Below the pieces are notes generated by a model. The model worked only from the letters and a program-made list of their open reading frames with translations. It had not been told where the DNA came from and did not search any database. From NCBI RefSeq assembly GCF_963921235.1, contig NC_086109.1, positions 34,102,001 through 34,166,000 on the forward strand: 64,000 nt of DNA, read 5' to 3'. The DNA is from Mobula hypostoma (Eukaryota). This document shows, in pieces, positions 27,065-39,222 of the stretch. Numbering within the stretch: position 1 is the stretch's first letter; every line of letters begins with the position of its first letter. Both the position numbers and the translations under genes were made by a program.

Positions 27065-27900
27065 TTTTCAAGTTGTTGACAATGGTGTTGAGATTGAGAG
27101 GGTGGTAAACTTCAAGCTCCTTAAGAATGAACATCACCAATAGCCTAGTCTGTCCAACCACATTGATGTCATGGCCGAGGAAGCTCACCAATGCCTCCAC
27201 TTCCTCAGGTGGTTAAAGAAATTGATGAAGGGTCTCGGCCTGAAACGTCGACTGCAACTCTTCCTAGAGATGATGCCTGGCCTGCTGCGTTCACCAGCAA
27301 CTTTTGTGTGTGTTGCTTGAATTTCCAGCATCTGCAGAATTCCTGTTGTTTGCGGTTAAAGAAATTCAGTAGGTCCCCATGGATTACCAAGTTTTCTCAA
27401 TGCACCATAGAAAGCATTCAGTCTGGATATTATGAAGGAGACCACAAAAAAACTACAGCGACTTGGGGACACAGGTCAGACCATCACAGGAACCAGCTAT
27501 CTTTCTAGAGACTCAGTCCATGCTTCATTGCCTCACAAAGCAACCAGCAAAATCAAAGATCCCATCCATTCCAGACATTCTATCTCCTTGCATCTCCCAT
27601 TGGGCAGAAGATACAGAAGCCAGAAAGCACCAGATCCAAGGCCAGCTTTTCTCCCGCTCTTATCAGATTCTTGAATGGACTTCTTGTACAATAAGATGGA
27701 CTCGTGACTTCACAATCTACTGCGTTACTATCTTACACTTTGTTTATCTGTGCTGCCCTTTCTCTGCAGCCTTCACAGTTTATTCTTTGTTGCTTTCCCT
27801 TGATCTACCTCAATGTATTATACAATCATTTGATCTGTATGAACAGAATACAAGACAGGCTCTTCATTGCACCCAGGCAATAATAAACCAATACCAATAA
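27065..27900 (+). mobile_element. Rex1/Babar-type LINE 3' fragment interrupted by a Penelope-like terminal repeat
   Basis: Degenerate RKAHQCLHFLR...CTIESI...KIKDPIHS...LPLGRRYRS, with a tail aataataaaccaataccaat. Confidence 0.75.
27224..27353 (+). mobile_element. 130-bp Penelope-like terminal-repeat insertion with 13-bp TSD
   Basis: Perfect direct repeats GGTTAAAGAAATT at 27211-27223 and 27354-27366. Confidence 0.88.
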
Positions 27901-29499
27901 GGAGTTTTGTTATCTTGCTGCATTGCATCCCGCAGATGGTAAAAAACCAATTAAATTGCACTGGTGGGGGACTGAATGAATAATTTTCGATGGGGTGGCT
28001 ATCATACAGACTGCTATATCCTCCATGTTGAGTTTTGTTGAAGCTGCACTCAGGCAATTGAAGAATATTCCATTACACTCCTGACTTTGTTGGAAATGCT
28101 GCACACTGGAGCTTAGTGTCATGTTTGTGAACTGAATGGGGTGTTTCAGAACAATCACTCAATCTGTACTTTTTAAACAAAGAACTTTGAATAGACATGA
28201 TAGCATGAAGAAACAAAGCAAAGTCTTGAAAATGACCTAAACTTGTATTTACCGTTCCAGAAAACTCGCTCAAAATTTTGAAAAAGAGATTCAATCAGTG
28301 GTATTTGATAACACAATCATTCATAATTAGCTATCAAATGGATGGCAACACCATTACCTCTGTTTATACTCAAATACAACAGCATCTTTTGGGAGTACAC
28401 AGATGTCAATTAAGTGAGAGAATACTAAAGGCGCTGTCCAAAGTACACTTGAAGTAAAAGGCGTGTGCGCGCTAACATCTCTTAAAGGAGAAATATCTGC
28501 CTTGAAGGCAAGAATAATTTACTAAACTGAAGGAGGAGCTATTGAATGAAATGGATCTAGGCACTTGAAAATTCAGAAACAGAGGTAATCTCATCAAGAC
28601 ATCACAGAAGGAATAGAAGCAGCACTGTGCCTCATGACCATTCAAGCGCGAATACTCAGTGCCATTTTCGAAGACAATTCCCATATCTTTTAACATCCAG
28701 AAATGCATCATTTATTTTTAATTAACATGATGACTGATTTTGAGGAGTTGTATGGAGAACACAATTCCAAATTTTCTTTTTTAAAATGAAGAAACTTTCC
28801 CGATCTTAATTCTAAATGGCCTACTATGTATTCTCAAACCGTGCCTCAGTCCGAGACAATCTTTGAGCAGCTACTAGTAACTTACTTTGATTGTTATAGT
28901 TAAGAACTATTCTAAAAATCTGCAATTGTACTGGATTCAGTGTGTCATAATGTAATTTGGCAAATACTTGAATGTGTTTCTGACTACAAGTCAAAACGGA
29001 TCTCTGCAAATGCAAAAGAAAAGGATTTTGATACTGGAAAGGGAGAAAGCTACATCTGCATGTTGAACAAAACCAGTTTTTAAATCAACAAAATTTCAAT
29101 TGTACAGTCAATGGATATACAAAATATGATATCAAACTAGAACTATTTAAAAATGTAGGGCTTGTGAATCTCAGGCATGTGTGAGGAAGAACAAGATCAA
29201 GAGCTGGGGTTTAGGTCTGATATGGTTGTCCTGTTGGAAGCTATCATGGATTCAATAGGCTGAATGGCAATATAACACATACCTGACAGCTACAACCAAT
29301 ATACATAAAGATAATATTCACATAGAGCAGACAATGCGACACAAAATTCTGAAATTCCCTGTCTGACTTCACAAAGCACTTTCTCCCCCCAAACCGGAAT
29401 AGCTTAAGGTGGTATCTCACTTAAAAAAAACTCAGATGCAATAAAAATAGGCAATGAATACTTGTCAGAGAAACAATGAAATAAGAGTAAACCACTTGG

Positions 29500-29600
29500 A
29501 ACACACACAACATGCTGGAGGAACTCAGCAGGTCAGACAGCATCTATGGAAATGAATAAACAGTTGATGTTTTGGGTCAAGACCCTTTTTCAGGATTGAA
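29500..29600 (-). mobile_element. Penelope-like terminal-repeat fragment
   Basis: ACACACACAACATGCTGGAGGAACTCAGCAGGTCAGACAGCATCTATGGAA...GATGTTTTGGGTCAAGACCC, same family as the other copies. Confidence 0.75.
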
Positions 29601-32190
29601 CCACCTGGGCCTTTTAACCTTCTTCATCTTTAAGAAAAATCAGCACTGACCCTCCAACATCAGTACCAAAGTTCTATTGACTGCCCATATTCAAAGCCAC
29701 AGAGCACAGAAAAGGGACCCTCAGCCCACCAGCATCCATTATAATTAACCATCAAGTACCTTACCTATATTGATTCTATTTACCAGCACTTGATAGTCAA
29801 ACAAAATCCCCCCTCCAAAAAAATTTACGTTTCACCTTAACTACATCATTAAACACATCTAATAATATCTATTCAAATTAATTCCAACTTGCTATTTAGT
29901 ATTGCAGTACAGTATTACCTTCACAAATCTGAGAATGACAAAGAGCTCAATGACTTCTATGTGCTCTTTAGGACAGAAATTGTGACAGGCCTAAAATTTC
30001 AAGATTGCTTCCAGCATTCCAAGTTTCATGAGTGCTAGTATTCTGAATTTTGTTTTCTTTATATTTTAACCGCAATCTGTGAACTAAGCATACACATCAA
30101 CATACTGAAATTTTCTACGATGCATCTTAGAATTGGTCCAGGGCATTGTCACTGTATTAACTGATTCAACACCTGCCATTGTCAAACAGCATTGCAGTAC
30201 ATTAGTTTTGGAGTTGTCTTGGAAACAAGGTCAAGCTGGAGATAGATGGGAATGCTCAGCTGCAGAGTGCTTCATCCATTTGAAATTTAATGACACAACA
30301 GGGTGACAGAAAAGCTTGCTTGAATTACTTATTTCAATTGTTTAACACTGGATTTTCAGGAATAGGCATAGAAGTCAAATTTTATATACAAAACATGGCT
30401 GAAGATTACTGCATAACTTGGTTCTAGATTACACTGACAAAGTATTTTCTGCACTGCACGGTAAAGCATTCAATAGCCTCACTGTTAGTATACAGTACAA
30501 AAGTTCAATCTTAAATTTATTGACAATGATTGAGACTGTTCCAACAAAATGAGCCACTCAAAATGTTTTCATGTCTATAACAACCAATTGTGGTCAAAAT
30601 TGCAATAGTTTAAACTTTTTATTCCCTTCAGCTTACAACTTCAATAACTCCAATAAGAAACCCAAACCCCAGCTGAACTGAAAATTGTATACATTAGGAT
30701 AGAATACCTGGATTCACCTTTATACAAAAAGCCACAGTGATTGTCCGCCACTCAGTGCACACTTTGAAAATAGTACATTAATCACTCAAATTCAAGCAAA
30801 AACTATTCCATTACAAGTCAATCACAGCTTCAGAGTTAATGAAAAATTCTGCCAAATAAAAACAGAAACTGTTGGGAATATTCAGAGTTATTGCCTGACT
30901 TGAAGAGAGTTAATGTTACCAGCCAAATGATACCTGCAAGTCAAGGGTTTAACAGGTCAAATATGATATTGGAGAAAAAGTAGTTCAATTAAAAAAGGTT
31001 GCATTTCTGACCCATCATTTTAATTCTCTCCCTTGTTCCCATTTCAAAGTTTGTTGCTTGAACACCTTACATTTCAATGACTGTCAACATAAAAGCAAGC
31101 ATTATAATCTTTCAGTTATTCTTATACCATCCAGAACTGGACACTCAATTCAACAACTTCAGATCAGCTATGGCCACTTGACAGCACCCCAGCCCAGAAC
31201 AGTCATTGGCAAAAATCTTACTATTAGCATTTACATATTATTCATCCTTTGCTTCTCTACTTGTTCCAATACCATTCAGTACTGTCTTCACTGTCACCCC
31301 TTTATCATTTAACTTTACCTGCCTTCAAAACATTCAGTCAGACTCTTGTTCTTGGCAATCCCTCCCTTCTTTCCCTACAATATGCAAAATAGCAAATAAT
31401 ACAAAAACATCTGTTATTAAGTATACACGATAGAATGAATCTGACAATCAGATAGATTTTCCTGGAAGCATTGTTTCGGAAATCTCCTAGAAGTCAAACT
31501 TGCTTTCTGTTTGAAAATTGTTATGCAGTGATTGTTTTATCAGCAAGTGCAATGAACACTTGCATTAACGTTTCAGAGAAAGTTTGCTTTCTGTCATTCC
31601 CAGTACGGACAATGGCTCTTTGACCTGAAGGATTGAATTGTTTCTCATTCATAGATGCTGCATGACTTGCTAAACAGTTATAATTATCCAAATTCCAAGC
31701 TATCTTTTATTTTTTGCATCATAGGCAAAAATCTTTCTAATCCAGGTTTTTACATAGTTTCCTGTTACTGATGTCCTGACTTGTAAAAAAAAAATCCAAC
31801 TTTATGCAAATCCTCTCATGCATTTTTAAAGCATGGTTCAAGGTAGCAATAATATTTATGGTGTACACTAATAACTGGATACAGTAGATATTCTATTAGT
31901 TTAATTATGGGTAGTGTGAGGGTGACTATTTGATGAAATGGAATTAGGTTATGTAGAGTGATTCAATAGCGATAGCTCTAGAAAACTGAGAAATCTGCTT
32001 ACTAACAGTTCTTAGCAACAGAACCCTCATGTAACTCAGGGACAGCCCATATTGATTTTTCATGATGCAAATACTGTTGGCAAAAACTAGGTTTAGAAGG
32101 TGTTATTGAATAGTTTAGGAAAGTAAATTGCAAAATAAGAACAAGGTGATAAAGTGATTGTTTAGTGCCAGACATAGTGTTGTTGTCTGC

Positions 32191-32865
32191 GGCTACGTCC
32201 ACACTAGACCGGATAATTTTGAAAATGCCAGTTTTGCGTAAAAACGATAGATGTCCACACCAAGTGTTTTTGAAAATACCTCCGTCCACATTAAAATGGG
32301 CATGTGGGTGAATCTCCTCCTACTGGGCATGCGCAGGATACATCTACAGAAAACAAACAACATGTTTGGTGTTGTATCTCGCTGTGAAAGTGCGCATTTG
32401 TGCAGTTACAGACTAGAAAAATTTAAAAGGAAATTGCCAAACGAGGGACAGCTGTTCGCTCTTGCGCAGGAGGACTTAAAACTAAAAAACAAACAAATAC
32501 TGGAGCATATGGAGGCAACCAACAGGGAGTTCACAGACAGTATGACCCGGCTGACGACGAATATTGAAAAACTGACCAACTCCGTTGCATTAATAAAGCA
32601 CCTTGTTAAATGTATAAAACATGTCTGCATCAGTGTTATCTTGTATTTTCATACAATGTTACATTAGGCTGTTACACATCTATTGTCAGAGAAGTACTTG
32701 CATACATAGGTAAACCACCTTCACACAAGCAAGGACAGAAAACAGGGCAAAGTGAGTATACTTATTTATTCAGTAAGGTACGGGTCAAAGTACTTGGTGA
32801 GTACATTTCTAACTCTTCTGGCTTCAGTCTCGTTACCGCCTGTTCTGAAATTGTTAGGTTGGGGG

Positions 32866-32932
<67 letters not shown>

Positions 32933-33189
32933 GTTCAAAAAAACAATGAAATGCCACGCTGCCGCCACCATCTGTTCCGGCACATCATGACAGCATTTTT
33001 AGAAATCTCTGGTTACCCCATCCACACCACTCTGCTCAATCAGCATTTTCAAATTTACACACCCTGGAGGGCATTTTAGAAATGCTCTGTTTTTGGGGGA
33101 GGAAAACGCCGTTTCAGTGTGGACAGAGGGTCAAAACGAAGAGAAAAAGCTTTGGTTACGGATTTATCTGGTCTAGTGTGGACGTAGCC
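32191..33189 (+). mobile_element. PIF/Harbinger-type non-autonomous DNA transposon, copy 2
   Basis: TIRs GGCTACGTCCACACTAGACC and GGTCTAGTGTGGACGTAGCC; interior highly similar to 5582-6710; (GT)n at about 32868-32931; TSD not conserved (TGC versus TAA). Confidence 0.85.
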
Positions 33190-34239
33190 TAAGATGATAT
33201 AGAGCAGGAACTCCCAACTTTTTATGCCACAGATCTCTACCATGAACAGAGGGGTCAGTGGGCCCCAGGGTGAGAATTCCTGGTATAGTTTCTCAAGTGT
33301 TGTTGGAGCTACATTCATCTGGACAAGTGGAAGGTATTACATCAAATATATTTATATTTAGTGTTTTTTTACAATATTATCATGTTGTTTATCTTTTGTT
33401 TTTTTCTTTTCTTATATAGAGTTACAATTATTTTGTTCTCCTTTACAATTGTGTACAGGAAATTACATTATACAAACTTGAATCCTGCTGGAGGAAAACT
33501 TCAGTGGCATATATAAACGAGTCATTTGGGATAGGACAGCAAGCCTATAGCTTCCATTTGGAGCCACTGCATTTATGTGGCTGATCAAGCTGAGTTTCTC
33601 GTTGAGAATGCAAAGGACTGACATTAAATATCAAGGCAAGCTAAACTCTCTTGCCAGGCATCACCTCTTCCACCTTCCGGAACAATCTCACCTCTACTTA
33701 TAGTACCTGAATGTTGGCTACCACATATTCCTTCTTGCAGGCGTGGAATGCTTCAATTGCAAAAGAAAACTGACATCTACCTTACTATGTGGTATACAAT
33801 GAATGAAATATACACTGCATAACAGCAAAGGAAATTTAAAAGTGAACATCTTTGCATTGTATGAAAAGTTAATTTGTATGAAAAGCAAATCACTCCAAGT
33901 AACATCTGCACTGATATTCTGAGGCTAAGATAATTAAGCTTCAATCATTACAACCATCTTCCTTTGTTCTAACTTACTTTGCCAATCACTGGAACACTTA
34001 TGCCTTCATACCATCAAAACTTCAGTTTCTACACATTGATACGTTTTCATGAGCAATCACTCTTGCTTCACTGAGGGAATTCGGCTCATGGCATGGCAAG
34101 TGGACCTAGCAAAAACCAAACTGGACATTAGGAAACAAATTATGAATGAGTTAACTCTTTGTGCTAGCTATTTTGAGCACACCTTCGATCACTTGGCTGA
34201 CGACAGAGTAATTTGTGGCAATTCGTTACCATATTGTAC

Positions 34240-34630
34240 AGGAGCAGAATTAGGACATTTAGCCCATCAAATATGCTCCACCTTTCAATCATAGCTTTTT
34301 CTAAAATACAATTCTTCTACCTTCTTCCCCATAATCCTTGATCTGGCAAGAATCTATCAATTCCGGCCTTAAGCACACTCAATGATCTGGCCTCCAGACT
34401 ATTCTGTGAAAATAAATTGCAGATACACCACCTCTAGCTGAAAAAATTATTGCTTATTTTAGTTTTAATAGGATGTCCCTTTATTCTGAGGCGATGGCCT
34501 TAGATCCTAGGCTCTCCTACTGAAGGAAATTTGCTTTCTACATTCACCCTATCTAGGCCTTTCTGGGATCAGTAGGTTTCAATAAGATTCTCCACCCCCC
34601 ACCCCCACAACATCCTTCCAAACTCCATGT
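34240..34630 (-). mobile_element. CR1 LINE 3' end
   Basis: GGAGCAGAATTAGGACATTTAGCCCATC...AAGAATCTATC...GGATGTCCCTTTATTCTGAGG; the same family occurs at about 8070-8200, 9940-10140 and 61405-61620. Confidence 0.65.
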
Positions 34631-36399
34631 AAAGACCAGAGACATCAAATAGAACCTACGTATTAAAATTTGTCCTGCTTCTCATGAACAGGACTTGTTT
34701 GAGCAACTTTCCGCACAGTATGGTAAATGTTAGTGCTGCAATCTGCTGGAAGAACTTGGCTAAGCAGCAGCTAGCTCTTCAGACCAAGTCTACAGAGACG
34801 CACAAGGTAGTGTGTAGTCTCACAACCTTTCCTGTAATACAGCAAGTCTTCATTAGCAGTCTCATGTCAGACCTACCATTGCTGAGGGTGGGATGTTCTT
34901 AGAATTTCTTCCTCCAATTAGCTGTTAATTGTCCAGTGCTATTCATGACCGGTTAAGGCAAGTCTGTAGAGCTTTGATCTAATCCATTAGCAACCTCTAG
35001 TGTTCTATGTAACAAAAAAAGTCATCCCTTGGGTGGAGCTTCATTGGGATGGCACCTCATTTTCAGGCACACTTCCATTTCTCTCTGAGCCAGGGTGACC
35101 CTATCCCTGATGTCCACCCCAACCATGCCTCCATCTGCAGAACCACCTGTGTGTAATTGTAGAGTTATGGATGTGCAAAAATCAGACTGCTTTTTGTTTA
35201 TCAATGTGATCAAGTTTCTAAACATCTGTCACAAGATGACTGGCAAGGATGACTCACCATGAAAAACAAAAGAGTAAATGGTTTTATTTCAGATTTTCAT
35301 CCCTTAGAAAGCACTAGGAATGCTCAGCAGGTCAAGCAACGTCTGTGGAGAGGGAAACTTACATTTCATATCAACCACCCTTCAATACGCATTCTAATAA
35401 AGACTCATTGAATTGAAATATTAAAGATCATTTTCCTTTTTCCACAGATGGTGCTTGATCTAGTGAATATCTGCACTACTGTTTTAATTTCAGGTTTATT
35501 CCTCACACTCATGAGCCTATCACAAATCAGACAGCTACATTCTTCAGTTTCAGCTTTGCTGAGAGTTGATTAAATCCTCCAGCCAGAGTGCAATTGCCTA
35601 TTCCACTGGAGGTACAACTAAAAACTTTATCACTGTTCAGAATCTTAGATAATAAACTAGAACAACCATGATCCTTCTTCATAAGCCAGGTTAAGGTGCA
35701 AGCTGACTGAAAAAAAAATCAATTACTAAGACAACCAAGATTTTTTCCAGCTATCCTTAGTTTTAAACATACAAAAACGTCTAGATACTAGCAGCCGTCA
35801 CCACCAATGGCTCAATATCTCATGTTACCATTAAATTGGACAGTGTAAAGATTAGCTTACAAAACCACTGTGTCTTTGACGAATACATTTTCGTCAATGA
35901 ATCTTACTTTTATCGCCACTGTGCATTGAAGTGTACTGTATATCTATTTCCAATAATCATGGCTGACTTTTCATAAGAAGCCAGTGTTTATACATACCGA
36001 ATGCTTTCTTAAAAGCATAATGTGATTTAAACGGGATCAGAAAACAATGGACTTTTTTCCCTTATAAACGCCCATGTGATGACAATATTCATAAATTATG
36101 TGCAGCGTCTGGAAACTAGAACGTCTCGAAATAGATATTTTAAAAGATCAATACGATTGGCTGAGTCCAAAGCCCTGACTCGCTCTAAGTTCTGTATGAG
36201 AAAACTGAACCTAATTCATTAAACGTGGATTAACGCTACCGGTGCTGACATTTGTGCTGTTAATTTTAGCACAAAGCAAAGTGCATGTGGCATCTCTCCA
36301 AACGATGCCACACCAGCGAAGTGGCGGAATAGTGATTTTAGAAAATGAAACAAAGCAGAAAGCGAAGAATTCCAAGACCATGCAGGCCCATCAAGTGAA

Positions 36400-37210
36400 A
36401 ATCTATCCCCCCTCCCTCCACCCTCCACCCCCCATGGTAAAGACGGACTCCGAGGTGGCGAGCAGGCGTGCCGGCCCAGGGCCCGGGGAATCATTGCTCC
36501 CCCAGCTGCGCCGCAGTAACTATGCTCCACAGTCCCTTACCTCCTCCTCGCTCTCGCTTTTGAAGCACAAACATGCCGCTCGCTTCTTGAAACCGTCTCC
36601 ATCGTAAGTCCGAGTCTGATTTTGCTTTAATTTCATCATTTATATCTTCTGTAACTATCTTATTTCAATTATTTTCTCTTCCTTTTTCTAAAAAAAACTT
36701 CGCAGAAAAACTAATACGATGAAATGAGGAATTTCTGTTTTATTTGTAAGTGCCAACGACACGAGGCCGCCACCGGTTATCCACTACGTCTCTTCATATT
36801 CCCACAACCATTCTCCCCGACACCGTCTCCACTGATACCACCGCCACCGCCATCTTAGCCGCTCCGTCGCGCCCTCAACCTAACTCGCTCGGCAAAAGGG
36901 CGCGGGGAGCCGGGGCGGGATTTGGAGACCGGCGCAGCCACTCAATGGCCAGCAGGCGGGCAAGTGCTTCGGTTTTTGTCAATCACATCGTCGAGCACCG
37001 CCTCCTCGCGTCTCCGCCCTTGACAGCAGGTTTGGTGGACCGCCGCCGCCGTCAATGGACCTCAAAGCCGGCAGGGGGCGTACGGATGCTGCCCCTCCCC
37101 CTACCGCTACCGCTCCCGCCCCCGCCCCCTCCTCCACCTCCCACTGCCACCCCTTCCTATACTGGTGTGTGAAGACAAAGAGAGGAGCGAATTCTTGTCT
37201 GCGCACCTGT
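36400..37210. promoter_or_regulatory. CpG island / NUDT3 promoter and first exon region
   Basis: Abrupt rise in GC and CpG against an AT-rich, CpG-depleted background; GC boxes (GGGGCGGG near 36912, CCCCGCCCC near 37119); YY1-type CCGCCATCTT at 36847-36856, which reads AAGATGGCGG on the NUDT3 strand. Confidence 0.8.
36541..36639 (-). CDS. NUDT3: Diphosphoinositol polyphosphate phosphohydrolase 1 (Nudix), coding exon 1; remaining exons lie left of the window
   Basis: The reverse complement reads ATGATGAAATTAAAG...GAGGAGGAG|GTAAGG = MMKLKQNQTRTYDGDGFKKRAACLCFKSESEEE (99 nt, phase 0, canonical donor). This is near-identical to the vertebrate NUDT3 N-terminus, and DGDG/SESEEE favour NUDT3 over NUDT4. 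I found no exon 2 (VLLVSSS...WIVPGGG) in 1-36540. Confidence 0.93.
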
Positions 37211-37791
37211 GTTAAACGTCGTGATTTTTTTCTCTCTGCATTGTTTTCCGTGTATAGTGAAAGTAACCTGGCAACAAATCAAAACTCCAAGAGATAGTGA
37301 CCCATTTTCATGGATCAAATATATAACACTGAGTTAAGGAGCATATGTTTCTGATAAAAACCAGCATGTTTGAATGAATTCTGTCCAAAAGCCTAATTCC
37401 TTGCATAGACTAGAGGCCCAAGCTCAGCTGACATGCACCAAATCGTATTCATATCTCACTTCAGTGCAGAGCTATCTAAAATTTGTATTAGGCTTGGCAA
37501 ATTTAACTACTAATTTTCACCTATTTGGTTTTAAATATTACTAAGGCTTCTCCCCTCCCAGCTTGCCTACATTATTCCATGGCCACAATCTTCTGAAATT
37601 TCAGTGGTCGTCTAATTCTGGGTCTCTTCATATTCACAACTTTAATTACTCCAACATTGCCAGCAGTGGCTTCATCGGCCTGGACTCTGAGATTTGGATC
37701 ATCTAGTTCACCTCTCCACTCTCTACGTAGAGAGGCAACTTCTTTGTCCATTTTTTTTATATCGGTCTGTCCATTTTGCGTGTATATACTG

Positions 37792-37799
<8 letters not shown>

Positions 37800-37826
<27 letters not shown>
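37800..37826. repeat. (TG)n microsatellite between the two promoters
   Basis: Directly visible dinucleotide run. Confidence 0.95.
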
Positions 37827-37830
<4 letters not shown>

Positions 37831-38439
37831 ATCAATGTTTCATTTCATAACATTTCCTTAAAGCATATTGAAATGTTTTGTCAAATTAAAAAATGAGACG
37901 TTCATTTAAACATAATCTTTCAGTACATTCTAATGATGTAGTACACTTTGAAGCTGTATCATTGTAGGAAATTCAGGACTCAAAGCCCCTTCAAAGAGCG
38001 ATGTGAGTGAGGATAATCGGATTTTCTCCTCTTGGGCTGCATTTTGCGCACTGTGTCTCTGACTACCTATCTCTGAGAGGAACAAGAGAACCACAGCTCA
38101 TCCAGACCAGAGTAACTGTTCATACTTGTGCATATGACAATAATCTCGACTTTAATTTTGACCCGGGTGCAGCATTCGGGGAGTACCGCATTGAGGAATG
38201 AGACAGATTTCTTTTTGTGCTTAAACTTCTGTCATGAACGCCAAACTTATAATTTCTAGACTGCGGTTGGCATAGCCGGCAAGGAGGGTGTGCCCTGCTA
38301 AAAGACTTGAAAGGTCCAAATATAGTATATGCTTGGATTTTTTTGTAAATGATATTTCGTTTAAGAGTGCGAATGTCACTGACATTACCACAGAGCAAAC
38401 CTGACAGCACAGAAGTATAGAATTGTGCAAGATTTTTAT

Positions 38440-38914
38440 TTTCTGTCTTCCCAAAAGCGCGCCTCATTGGTGCTTTCTTGAACTTATGTGGTCTTGCCTT
38501 TTACCCCAATGCCTTACCTTGCCTTACCGTAACGGAACGTAAAGCCTGCACAAGAAATATCATCTGTAAGTGACAACTCAGAAACACCGTTGCATGACAA
38601 ACGCTTTGTTTCCCTTCCCTCCCCCCACCCGCCTCATTTACGCTTAAAGCTGGTCTCCAAGTAGCGACGTTCTTTTCTGTTGAGACTGGGTTCCTGAAAA
38701 GGACCTTGCATTCTGACTACATTATCGGACTTCGTCGACTTCTCCGGCCAACTGTCAACGAATGCTGCTTCAATTCGAACCGGCACCTGAAATTCGGAAC
38801 AAAAAAAAATTCAAATTTTCCCATTGACTTTCAAGGCCTCAACAAACGAAGAGATCTGCTGTCAAAAGAAGAGAGTGGCGAGGGCTAAGCCTGGAAAACT
38901 AGCATGAAACGACA
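38440..38914 (+). promoter_or_regulatory. Probable promoter / 5' leader of the GGNBP1-like gene
   Basis: Second CpG-retaining patch directly upstream of the ATG; ATTGG (reverse CCAAT) near 38466; MYB-type TAACGG 38530-38535 and CCGTTG 38587-38592; X-box-like GTTGCATGACAAAC 38589-38602. Confidence 0.5.
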
Positions 38915-39222
38915 ATGTCGAGATCAGTGTCAGATTCCTCGCCATCGGGTGTCAGGTCTGTAAACCAAGAAAAAGGTGCCCGGTTGAAAGACTTGAAGGA
39001 TCTCCAGATGTTCCCCGAGGGGCCGTATGTTGGATCTGGTGTAGCGTCAAAGCAGCCAAGCATGTCAGCTATGCTCGAAAGCGTGTCTCCTTCTCCAGAA
39101 GAATCTGGGCTAAATACCTCAGCAAAGCCCTCAAAAGAAACACACGTCCAGACACGATTTAGCAAGGAATTAACAGACAGGAATTCCAAACGGTATGCTA
39201 ACAGTCAGGAGAGGAAACATAG
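38915..39222 (+). CDS. GGNBP1: GGNBP1-like gene, coding exon 1 (Ser-rich, poorly conserved N-terminus)
   Basis: ATG in acaATGt with an in-frame TAG at 38900-38902 upstream; 308 nt open frame; strong donor AG|GTAAGT; phase 2 matches the next exon. Confidence 0.7.

Noticed and set aside
32610..33079. Cys-Val and Thr-His repeat ORFs (also 6106-6417 and 37657-37896)
   Set aside because: They are translations of (GT)n microsatellites.
1..36540. NUDT3 exon 2 or later, or RPS10/BAK1 exons
   Set aside because: A visual scan of the minus strand found no WIVPGGG or Nudix-box codons and no other host exons; a TBLASTN search would confirm.
36242..37297. ORFs 36242-36607, 36750-37172 and 37055-37297 (Pro/Ala-rich)
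   Set aside because: These are by-products of the GC-rich island and antisense to NUDT3 exon 1, with no recognisable domain.
37572..37835. Minus-strand ORF (MDKEVASLRREWRGELDD...) between the promoters
   Set aside because: It starts in a microsatellite and has no recognisable homology or splice support; a BLAST search would be needed to rescue it.
38899..39189. Antisense 96-aa ORF over GGNBP1-like exon 1
   Set aside because: Shadow ORF; the plus frame has the start context and the matching splice donor.
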